A stretch of 64,000 bases of DNA, taken from the NCBI GenBank assembly GCA_043767985.1, contig JAYVKZ010000324.1:17083-81082 (forward strand), written 5' to 3'. The position numbers and the translations under genes are program-made. Shown here piece by piece: positions 55,213 to 63,153 of this stretch (positions within the stretch are counted from its first letter, which is position 1; every line of letters begins with the position of its first letter). The notes beneath the pieces are model-generated. The model was not told the origin of the DNA and did not search any database. It worked only from the letters and a program-made list of their open reading frames with translations. The DNA is from Betaproteobacteria bacterium. Its GTDB lineage: Bacteria > Pseudomonadota > Gammaproteobacteria > Burkholderiales > Burkholderiaceae_E.

Positions 55213-55979
55213 ATGAGGTCGTCCTTGGGGGCGCTTTGCGCAGTGCACTTTCTCGACAGTGGCGCAAGCTCAAAGGTGCCCCCAATACGGCCAGGGCTCC
55301 CCGCTGGGGATGGCCCTTACTGGCCACTTGTTTGATCTTGCAGGCCTCGCTGTCGTGGGTGGTCCCGCGCACCTGGCAAGCTGACACCCGTTTGGGTGCC
55401 GTCCCCAGTGCACCGAGTATCAAGCTCTGGAGTTTGGGTGAGCCGATCATGGCGAGCTATGCCATGAGCCTCTATGTACAAACCTTCGACAGTCAAGCCG
55501 GCCAAAGTCTGGGCCTTCGTACACTCGATCAGGTGGCTTTGCGGGCCTGGTTGAACCGCAGCGTTGATTTGAATCCTCAAGGCTCATACCCCCTGTTGTT
55601 GGCGACTCGAATCTATGCCTCGGCGAGCCGAGCAAGGGACGCGCGCGACATGTTGGACCTTGTACATCAGCGCTTCCTCGAAGCGCCAGACCGGCGTTGG
55701 CCTTGGCTGGCCCATGCCGTTCACGTCGCGCGCCACGAACTGCACGATCTTGAACTGGCCAAACACTACGCTAGAAGCTTAGCCCAGCACACCAGGGATG
55801 AGAAAGTGCCTTCCTGGGCGCGTCAGTTAGAGATCTTTTTGCTCGAAGCCGGTAACGAAACGGAGGCTGCTCGGCGGCTGCTCGGGGCGCTACTGGCGAG
55901 CGGGCAAATTAAGAGCGACGCGGAATTTCGATTTTTGGCCGAACGCCTGAAACAGATTCCCGATGATGGGCCGCGCTGA
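55209..55979 (+). CDS. Hypothetical membrane-anchored helical-repeat protein
   Basis: One TM segment (WGWPLLATCLILQASLSWVV) followed by an alpha-helical, TPR-like region. Translationally coupled to the ABC-2 permease. I recognise no family. Confidence 0.5.
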   Translation: MNEVVLGGALRSALSRQWRKLKGAPNTARAPRWGWPLLATCLILQASLSWVVPRTWQADTRLGAVPSAPSIKLWSLGEPIMASYAMSLYVQTFDSQAGQSLGLRTLDQVALRAWLNRSVDLNPQGSYPLLLATRIYASASRARDARDMLDLVHQRFLEAPDRRWPWLAHAVHVARHELHDLELAKHYARSLAQHTRDEKVPSWARQLEIFLLEAGNETEAARRLLGALLASGQIKSDAEFRFLAERLKQIPDDGPR

Positions 55980-56091
55980 GTTGATCAGCGGCACTAATGA
56001 TTTAGATTTTTTGGCCGAAATGAATTCTATTGGCTAGATAGGTAAACGGTCGATGTACAGCACGGATTCGTCAACATTAGGAGTTTTGGAA

Positions 56092-56715
56092 ATGAGAAAA
56101 CAAATGCAACAAGGCTTTACGTTAGTAGAAATTGCTATCGTCTTAGTCATCGTAGGTCTGCTCTTGGGAGGTGTTCTCAAGGGTCAAGAATTGATCTTCA
56201 ACTCGAAGATCAAGGCGACCTTCAATTTAAGTAAGGAACTATCGGCGGCGATCAATGGGTATCAGGACAGATATAAAGCGCTCCCTGGCGACGACGCCAA
56301 TGCTCTTGTGCGCTTTCCTGCCGTGATTCCGGCTGTTACAAATGGTAACGGCGATGGCCTGATGTGGTGGGGCGGCGATTGTAGCCTCGGTCAGCGCACG
56401 GGTGAGAATTGCACAGCCTTGCATCACATGCGCGCTGCCGGTTTTCTTTCCGGTACCGGCGCCGAAGGAGCTCCCGCACCCTTCGGTGGTACGGCCTCCC
56501 CCGCAGCCGCAATGATCTTCATGCCTAACGCTGGCGCCAGCCCCGTGCTGGGGTTATCGCCAACCGGTATGACGCACAAAATTGCGAGTGCTATTGATAC
56601 CTCGTTCGATGACGGCCTTTCGACGACGGGTACAGTTCGCTGCCGCAACCTCGCCGCCTACAACATGGCGACTCCCGATACGCAATTGCCAGACTGGTGC
56701 TCCATCCAAATGTAG
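56092..56715 (+). CDS. Type IV (pseudo)pilin, probable major subunit
   Basis: MRKQMQQG|FTLVEIAIVLVIVGLLLGGVLKGQELI has Gly-1, Phe+1 and Glu+5. C-terminal Cys pair (VRC...DWC). AGGAG Shine-Dalgarno 8 nt upstream. Followed by a terminator. The ORF is open from 56053. Confidence 0.85.
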   Translation: MRKQMQQGFTLVEIAIVLVIVGLLLGGVLKGQELIFNSKIKATFNLSKELSAAINGYQDRYKALPGDDANALVRFPAVIPAVTNGNGDGLMWWGGDCSLGQRTGENCTALHHMRAAGFLSGTGAEGAPAPFGGTASPAAAMIFMPNAGASPVLGLSPTGMTHKIASAIDTSFDDGLSTTGTVRCRNLAAYNMATPDTQLPDWCSIQM

Positions 56716-56741
56716 GCCTGAACATCGAGACTTCAACCAAA

Positions 56742-56771
56742 GCGGGCGCCAAATGGCACCCGCCTTTTTTT
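56742..56771 (+). terminator. Rho-independent terminator after the pilin gene
   Basis: GCGGGCGCC-AAAT-GGCACCCGC (8 of 9 bp paired) followed by a run of seven T. Confidence 0.7.
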
Positions 56772-56834
56772 GTAGTAAGAGGCGGCGCTACTGATCGTCA
56801 ACGCGCCCTATCTTTTTCTCCCGTATCGTGAGAT

Positions 56835-57446
56835 TTATCGGCCCTCACTCGAGTTCAAGTGTTCGCGATGGAGCACCGTACCCGCAGCGATTTTTCGCGC
56901 TAAGCGCTGACCCAAAATTTCGGTGCCGTCGATGAAGTTTGGGTGGGTTTGCTTTTTCATTTCGACAAGAGCGAGCTTGAAGTCTTTGGCTGTTAAAGCT
57001 TGGTCAGCTTGAAGATCAAACACCGCAATCAGAGCATGACCATAGACTTTGAGCTCCAATGGGATCGTAGCCGACCATCTGAGGCCTCCGGGGCACTGAA
57101 CCTGAATCACTGATCGACCCCAAATCTTGGCATCACTTTGGAAATTCGCCTCTACTGTCGCACAAGGTGCCGAGCGGATCGCTTGATCGATGTTTCCAAA
57201 ATCGAACTGAAGCCTTAGGTTGCGCTCAGGGGGCTGATTCGCAAAGGTCACGAGGCCGTCTCCATACAACAGCAGCGTCTTGCCGAATTGAGCCCCCTGC
57301 TCCTGAATAAATCGTTGGCTCGCCATGTCCTTGAGGACCTCAGGAAGCTTTTCAAGCGGTGCCAGCCGTGTTGTCTGCGCGTAAGCAACGACACTCGCCA
57401 GCATCCATGCGCAACCGAAAGCCATTTTCTTAACATTATCCATCAT
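56835..57446 (-). CDS. FlgA/SAF-domain periplasmic protein
   Basis: Signal peptide. VQCPGGLRWSATIPLELKVYGHALIAVFDLQADQALTAKDF...GTEILGQRLARKIAAGTVLHREHL follows the FlgA pattern of a conserved Cys, a beta-clip SAF domain and a C-terminal G-x-x-L motif. Confidence 0.6.
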   Translation of the reverse strand: MMDNVKKMAFGCAWMLASVVAYAQTTRLAPLEKLPEVLKDMASQRFIQEQGAQFGKTLLLYGDGLVTFANQPPERNLRLQFDFGNIDQAIRSAPCATVEANFQSDAKIWGRSVIQVQCPGGLRWSATIPLELKVYGHALIAVFDLQADQALTAKDFKLALVEMKKQTHPNFIDGTEILGQRLARKIAAGTVLHREHLNSSEGR

Positions 57447-57651
57447 GGTTCCCCTGTATTCCTAAGCCTTCAAGGAGGTTGTGGCTCTGAACGAATAAGG
57501 TTAGGGGAAGCTCAAGCGTGCTGTTTTGAAGAGTAGCGGGGGAAAACCCCAGCTATTCCACAGTTGGTCGCTGAAGCCACCTGATTAGGATCGAGGAGAG
57601 TGTTATAAGAGTGGCTTCCAGCGCAAAGTCATTACCTGATCCAAAATCCTT

Positions 57652-58212
57652 ATGGCCCTCAAGTCCACCATTTTCAAAGCCGATCTGTCGATTGCCGACA
57701 TTGATCATGCCTACTACGCCGACCATTCCATGACCTTGGCCCGTCATCCCAGCGAAACCGATGAGCGCATGATGATCCGCCTAATCGCGCTGGCCCTGCA
57801 TGCCTGGAAGCTGCAAGCGGTATGCAATAACGACGGTATTCTGGCTTTCGGGGCGGGCTTGAGTAACCCAGACGAACCCGATGTGTGGCTGCGTGACTTT
57901 ACCGACACATCAAGATTGTGGATTGAAGTGGGGCACCCCGAGGACCGGCCTTTGGCCAAGGCCTGCGGCAAGTCCGACGAGGTGATTGTGTATTGCTTTC
58001 ACCACGCTGCCTCCGTGTGGTGGAAAAGTATCGAGAACAAACTCACTCGCTTTGACAAATTGAGCGTGTTCAATATCCCCTCAGAGCAATCGCGCGCTGC
58101 GGCCGCTCTAGCGGCACGTACTATGCAGCTTCAGGCGACCATCCAAGAAGGGGTGTTGATGCTGGGGTCAGCGAAAGACAACGTTCACATCGAACCCGTA
58201 AAGTGGAAGTAG
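57652..58212 (+). CDS. yaeQ: YaeQ-family protein
   Basis: MALKSTIFKADLSIADIDHAYYADHSMTLARHPSETDERMMIRL is the characteristic YaeQ N-terminus. Confidence 0.85.
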   Translation: MALKSTIFKADLSIADIDHAYYADHSMTLARHPSETDERMMIRLIALALHAWKLQAVCNNDGILAFGAGLSNPDEPDVWLRDFTDTSRLWIEVGHPEDRPLAKACGKSDEVIVYCFHHAASVWWKSIENKLTRFDKLSVFNIPSEQSRAAAALAARTMQLQATIQEGVLMLGSAKDNVHIEPVKWK

Positions 58213-58221
58213 GAGTGGCCC

Positions 58222-59133
58222 TTAAAGCATCGCCTCCACATGCACGCAAGCGCTTTCCGCCAGGCCACCCAGGTGGTATCCACCTTCCAGCATCGAAACA
58301 ATACGCCCTTGGCTGTACTTGTTGGCTTGCTTCACAATCCACTGACTGACCCAGGCGTAGTCTTCTTTACGCCAGCTCAAACCACCCAGAGTATCTAGAT
58401 GATGCGCATCGAAGCCCGCCGACACAAAAATCATCTCCGGCTTGAACTCATCCATCGCAGCCTGCCACACGCCCTCGACCGCTTGCTTTAGAACGTTACC
58501 ACCCGCCCCCTCCATCAAGGGAACGTTATACATATTGGCCCCCAGCGGATTGGTGCCGCTATAGGGATAAAACGGGCTTTGAAAGGTGGAGAGCATCATG
58601 ACGCGCTCGTCCTCGGCAAAGATATTCTCCGTTCCGTTGCCATGATGTACGTCGAAATCGATGACCAGCACGCGCTTCAGGCCATGCGCTTCAAGCGCAT
58701 GGTAGGCCGCAACAGCCACGTTATTGAAGAAGCAAAATCCCATCGCCCTGCCGCGCTCGGCATGATGGCCTGGCGGTCGCACGACGCAGAAGGCACGCTG
58801 ATGGCGCCCCGCCATCACTTCGTTGACTGCCAAAACGCCCGCGCCCGCCGCTAGACGAATCACCTCCAGCGTGGCAGAGTTCATGACCGTGTCGGGATCG
58901 AGTGCGGCATAGCCTCGCTCCGGTGCCGAAGCTTCGATCTCATCTAACAAATACTCGGTATGGGCTCGCAGCAATTGCTCGTCGCTCGCTGCGGTAGCCT
59001 CTAACTGGGCCAACTGGGCGAACCAGGGCGCTTTGCGCATTGCTGCGTCGATGGCCGTCAGGCGGGCAGGCTGCTCGGGATGGCCGGGACCCATTTCATG
59101 GGCTTGGAATTTGGGGTGCGTAATGAGTAACAT
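58222..59133 (-). CDS. Histone deacetylase-family (HDAC/AcuC/Aph-like) amidohydrolase
   Basis: RPPGHHA, DFDVHHGNGTE and SAGFDAH motifs. Confidence 0.9.
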   Translation of the reverse strand: MLLITHPKFQAHEMGPGHPEQPARLTAIDAAMRKAPWFAQLAQLEATAASDEQLLRAHTEYLLDEIEASAPERGYAALDPDTVMNSATLEVIRLAAGAGVLAVNEVMAGRHQRAFCVVRPPGHHAERGRAMGFCFFNNVAVAAYHALEAHGLKRVLVIDFDVHHGNGTENIFAEDERVMMLSTFQSPFYPYSGTNPLGANMYNVPLMEGAGGNVLKQAVEGVWQAAMDEFKPEMIFVSAGFDAHHLDTLGGLSWRKEDYAWVSQWIVKQANKYSQGRIVSMLEGGYHLGGLAESACVHVEAML

Positions 59134-59212
59134 AAGTGAACTTTAGCAGAGTGAAACAAGCACGGCAGCACCTATAATCGATTTCACACCAAAAGTAGTG
59201 GAGACAAGAAAC

Positions 59213-60055
59213 ATGCAGATCACACCACAGGCGGCTTCGTGCGGTGCGCTGGTACGAGGCATCAATCTGGCGCAGGAACTATCCCCTGAGAGCCTTGTCG
59301 AAATTCGCCAGGCTTGGCTACAGCATCAGGTACTAGGCTTTCCCGACCAAGACATGAGCATCCCCGATCTGGAGCGGTTTGCGCTGGCGATTGGCCCGAG
59401 CGGCGACGACCCGTATATCAAGGCCATTCCCGGCCACGCTCATGTGGTGCAGGTGAAACGAGAAGCCAACGAAAAAACCCGCATCTTTGCTGAATCCTGG
59501 CATACCGACTGGAGCTTCTTGAAGCAGCCGCCCGCTGGCACCGCGCTTTTCGGTAATGTCATCCCACCCACAGGCGGTGACACCTTGTTCTCCAACCAGT
59601 ACGACGCCTGGGAGGCCTTGCCCACTGACATGCGCACGTTACTGAAGGATCGCCAAGGCATTCATTCGGCTCGTAATGGGTATTCTCGACAGGGCTTGTA
59701 TGGCGAAAAAGACAAGGGGCGCTCCATGGCCATTATTTATGATGACCATGCCATGAAGACCCAACTTCACCCGATTGCACGGGTGCATCCCGAGACCGGA
59801 CGGACGGCCTTGTTTGTTAGTCCTGGCTACACCATCGGCATTGAGGGGCTACCCGAAGACGAGTCACGCGACATACTCCTCAAGTTGTTTGCTCATCAGA
59901 TCGACCCGGCTTTCATCTATCGCCATCAATGGTCGGCTGGTATGCTGACGCTTTGGGATAACCGTTGCCTAATTCATGCAGCCACGGGAGGCTATGAAGG
60001 TTATGCTCGGCTGCTTCATAGAATTACCATTGGTGAACGTCGTGCATATCAATAA
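59213..60055 (+). CDS. TauD/TfdA-family Fe(II)/2-oxoglutarate dioxygenase
   Basis: WHTDWSF (H-x-D), GGDTLF, C-terminal WDNRCLIHAA and ...RLLHRITI. An alternative GTG start lies at 59198. Confidence 0.85.
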   Translation: MQITPQAASCGALVRGINLAQELSPESLVEIRQAWLQHQVLGFPDQDMSIPDLERFALAIGPSGDDPYIKAIPGHAHVVQVKREANEKTRIFAESWHTDWSFLKQPPAGTALFGNVIPPTGGDTLFSNQYDAWEALPTDMRTLLKDRQGIHSARNGYSRQGLYGEKDKGRSMAIIYDDHAMKTQLHPIARVHPETGRTALFVSPGYTIGIEGLPEDESRDILLKLFAHQIDPAFIYRHQWSAGMLTLWDNRCLIHAATGGYEGYARLLHRITIGERRAYQ

Positions 60056-61022
60056 AAGGATTGTTTTTGGTCTCGGGCTAAGTGCACTTGCGAGTCTATT
60101 GCTTTGCACCGAATCAAAGGCGCAAGCCACGCCCTGGCCCAATAAGCAAATCCGCTTCATCGTTCCCTTCGCACCAGGTGGTGCCAATGATTTAATGGCA
60201 CGCACCGCAGCACTCGGGGCCTCGAAGTTTCTGGGGCAACCAATTGTCATTGAAAACAAGCCCGTCGCAGGCGGCACGATTGGTTCAGACGAAGCGGCTA
60301 AGAGCGCTCCGGACGGGTATACGTTTTTAATTAGCGCAGCCGGGGTAATCTCGAACTCGATGATTAAACGCAACATGCCCTATCAAGACAGTGATCTCGT
60401 TCCCGTGGTCATGATCGGACTTGCACCGTCGGAGATCTTGGTCGCACCCAACTCTCCTTACAAAACCATCAAAGATTTGGTGGAGGCCTCACGCGCTGCG
60501 GGTGGTTTGCATTTCGCCACTGCGGGGACGGGCAGCACGCCACATTTCGTAGCCGAACTTCTCAATACGCGCTACGGTGCGAAACTCGATCCTGTGCCTT
60601 ACAAAAGCGGCTCGGAATCAACCACCGCCCTGATCGGCGGGCAGATTGCCGCCACCTCCGAGGCCAGTATTGTGTCCCTGGGTTACTTGAAAAGCGGCAA
60701 ATTGCGAGGATTAGCGACCACCTGGGTCAAACGGATCGAGGCCTACCTCGATTTACCTACCGCGGCCGAGCAAGGGTTTCCGGACATACGAATCGCCCAC
60801 TGGGCGGGCCTACATGCACCCAAGGGTACGCCTTTGGAGATTCTCGATAAAATGAGCGCTGCCATTGACGCCGCCATGCGATCCGCCTCGGTGGTCGAAC
60901 GTATGACTCCCTTGGGAATTCAGCCCGTCGGTGGTAGTCGAGCAGACTTCGAACGATTCGTCAGCGAGGAGCGAGCCAGGCTCGGCGCCACGGTACGCGC
61001 GGCGGGCATGAAAGAAGATTAA
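60042..61022 (+). CDS. Bug/TctC-family periplasmic solute-binding protein
   Basis: Signal peptide, WPNKQIRFIVPFAPGGANDLMART, IENKPVAGGTIG, PDGYTFLI and PVPYKSGS. The start (GTG 60033/60042) is uncertain. The ORF is open from 59976. Confidence 0.88.
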   Translation: MHINKRIVFGLGLSALASLLLCTESKAQATPWPNKQIRFIVPFAPGGANDLMARTAALGASKFLGQPIVIENKPVAGGTIGSDEAAKSAPDGYTFLISAAGVISNSMIKRNMPYQDSDLVPVVMIGLAPSEILVAPNSPYKTIKDLVEASRAAGGLHFATAGTGSTPHFVAELLNTRYGAKLDPVPYKSGSESTTALIGGQIAATSEASIVSLGYLKSGKLRGLATTWVKRIEAYLDLPTAAEQGFPDIRIAHWAGLHAPKGTPLEILDKMSAAIDAAMRSASVVERMTPLGIQPVGGSRADFERFVSEERARLGATVRAAGMKED

Positions 61023-61066
61023 GCTCGCCGGGTACTGAGCGACATCCATTTAGAAAGCAACACCGA

Positions 61067-62341
61067 ATGAGCGCGATCACCATGACCTCAGAACAACTCC
61101 AAGCGCAGGCGAGGCTTGAGGCCTATGACACCCCCCTTGATCAAATCAATGTCAGCAAGCCGCGGTTTTTTCAAAGCGACACCATCTGGCCCTACTTCGA
61201 GCGCCTGCGGCGCGAAGATCCGGTTCACTATTGCAAAGAAAGCGTCAACGGCCCGTTCTGGTCGGTGACCAAGTTCAAAGACATCATGCAGGTGGAAGGT
61301 AATCACCAAGTCTTTTCTTCGGCGTCCGGCATTGGCATTAGCGACCCGCCACCTTTCCTAGTGTCGGGCGGCTTTATTTCGATGGACCCGCCAAAACATG
61401 ATGAGCAGCGCAAAACAGTCAACCCGATTGTTGCGCCTGGTAATTTGGTGAACTTCGAGAAATTGATCCGTACTCGCGTGTGCAAGACCCTCGATGAATT
61501 ACCCATCGACGAAGAATTTAATTGGGTCGACAAAGTGTCGATCTCTCTCACCACCCAAATGCTCGCCACGCTCTTCGATTTTCCTTGGGAGGATCGCCAT
61601 CTACTCACTTACTGGTCTGATGCGGCCACCTCCGAGATCAAATCAGGACTCATCACCTCGGAGGCGATGCGCGCCAAGGTCATGGGCGAATGCCTCGAGT
61701 ACTTCACTCGTCTTTGGAACGAGAGGGTCAATGCACAGCCCGCAAGCGATCTCATCTCGATGTTGGCTCATTCCCCGGCCACCCGCAATATGGGTCCCGA
61801 AGAATTGCTGGGCAATCTCATTTTGCTCATCGTCGGTGGCAACGACACCACCCGCAATTCCATGACGGGTGGGCTTTATTTTTTAAACCAGAATCCAGGT
61901 GAATTTCAGAAAGTTCGTGACAACCCGGCGCTGATTCCAAACATGGTCTCAGAGATCATTCGCTACCAAACGCCTTTAGCCCATATGCGCCGCACGGCCT
62001 TAATGGATACTGAGTTGGGCGGCAAGCCCATCAAGAAGGACGAGAAGGTCGTGATGTGGTATTTGTCCGGCAATCGTGATGAAGAGGCCATCGACCAACC
62101 CAATGATTTCATCATCGACCGCGCACGCGCTCGTCAGCACCTGTCCTTTGGATTTGGCATTCACCGCTGCGTGGGCAACCGCTTGGCCGAGTTACAACTC
62201 AAGATCATGTGGGAAGAAATCTTGAAGCGCTTCACAAAAGTGGACGTGGTGGGTGAACCACATAGAATTTATTCCAATTTTGTACATGGTTATAGCGCCT
62301 TGCCGGTCAAGATTCGCGCGCAGTCGGTGATCGGACGCTGA
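61067..62341 (+). CDS. Cytochrome P450 (CYP153-like)
   Basis: Heme-binding FGFGIHRCVGNRLAELQLKIMWEEILKRF, I-helix LLIVGGNDTTRNS and EIIRYQTP (ExxR). Confidence 0.9.
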   Translation: MSAITMTSEQLQAQARLEAYDTPLDQINVSKPRFFQSDTIWPYFERLRREDPVHYCKESVNGPFWSVTKFKDIMQVEGNHQVFSSASGIGISDPPPFLVSGGFISMDPPKHDEQRKTVNPIVAPGNLVNFEKLIRTRVCKTLDELPIDEEFNWVDKVSISLTTQMLATLFDFPWEDRHLLTYWSDAATSEIKSGLITSEAMRAKVMGECLEYFTRLWNERVNAQPASDLISMLAHSPATRNMGPEELLGNLILLIVGGNDTTRNSMTGGLYFLNQNPGEFQKVRDNPALIPNMVSEIIRYQTPLAHMRRTALMDTELGGKPIKKDEKVVMWYLSGNRDEEAIDQPNDFIIDRARARQHLSFGFGIHRCVGNRLAELQLKIMWEEILKRFTKVDVVGEPHRIYSNFVHGYSALPVKIRAQSVIGR

Positions 62342-62380
62342 GGCCTAATGAGGGCCACTAGTTGAGGCTATACTACATTT

Positions 62381-62596
62381 ATGAAAGTTGTAGGTTCTAA
62401 AAATCGCGACGAGATTGAACTCGATCCACTTAAGGCCTGGCGAAGAGGAGCCGAGCTGGACAAGTTGCTGCTCAGCACATCCGTGCCCCATCCGCGTGGA
62501 GTCTGGAGGCAGTCTCACAAAGCGATGAATGACATGGACTTTGCCCGGCAAGTAGCGATTGCTGCAAGGTTGAATCAATCCAAGCTGCCTATTTAG
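62381..62596 (+). CDS. Hypothetical 71-aa protein, candidate partner (antitoxin?) of the downstream nucleotidyltransferase
   Basis: It sits 8 nt upstream of the NTase gene. I recognise no family. The region appears AT-richer by eye. Confidence 0.4.
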   Translation: MKVVGSKNRDEIELDPLKAWRRGAELDKLLLSTSVPHPRGVWRQSHKAMNDMDFARQVAIAARLNQSKLPI

Positions 62597-62604
62597 GGCA
62601 AGCT

Positions 62605-63081
62605 GTGCCTAGCCAAACCACATCCCACGACGAACTCTTCTTAACGCTTTTGAGGCGCTTCCAAGACGAGGGTGTGCAATACGTGCTCGTAGGCGGTCAG
62701 GCCGTACGTTTGAACGGGTTTCTAAGGGCGACCGAAGATGTTGATGTCCTACTCGAGCCAAGCCGAGCCAATGGCGAGAAAATTATCCGCGCTCTCAGTT
62801 TTCTTGAATCCGCGCAGGAACTTGACCCGGCATGGTTTGAGCCGCCAAGCAATGGCGAAGTAGAAAACATTCGGGTCGCAGACGATTTAATCGTTGACCT
62901 TCTATTCGCTGCCAATGGTCATACTCTGGAAGACGTCCGTCCTCATATTGTGTCCCTGCCGGTCGACGGGATTAATGTCAGAGTACTCAACATCGACGGA
63001 CTACTAAAAACCAAAACTGATTACCGCGAAAAAGACATATTAGACAAAGCTGTTTTGAAAAAGCTGAGGGATGCGCTCTAG
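62605..63081 (+). CDS. Small nucleotidyltransferase-fold protein
   Basis: YVLVGGQAVRLNGFLRATEDVDVLL fits the minimal NTase G-[GS]-x(9-13)-D-x-D pattern. GTG start. Confidence 0.65.
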   Translation: MPSQTTSHDELFLTLLRRFQDEGVQYVLVGGQAVRLNGFLRATEDVDVLLEPSRANGEKIIRALSFLESAQELDPAWFEPPSNGEVENIRVADDLIVDLLFAANGHTLEDVRPHIVSLPVDGINVRVLNIDGLLKTKTDYREKDILDKAVLKKLRDAL

Positions 63082-63153
63082 AACTATTGGGCTCCCCTCC
63101 TTGCGATTTCGTGTCGTACTCTGCGAAAGGCTTGCCAAGTAAAGTTCAACCGA

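Noticed and set aside
55985-56010. Possible sigma54 promoter (GGCAC-N5-ATTTA) upstream of the major pilin gene
   Set aside because: The -12 element lacks the conserved GC (TT is present instead), so it does not fit the GG-N10-GC rule. I also found no convincing sigma70 promoter, so the promoter is left unassigned.
57578-57623. Long-range inverted repeat GCTGAAGCCAC...GTGGCTTCCAGC upstream of yaeQ
   Set aside because: The repeat is imperfect with a 23-nt loop and no T-tract or recognisable riboswitch or sRNA signature. This is insufficient to call a feature.
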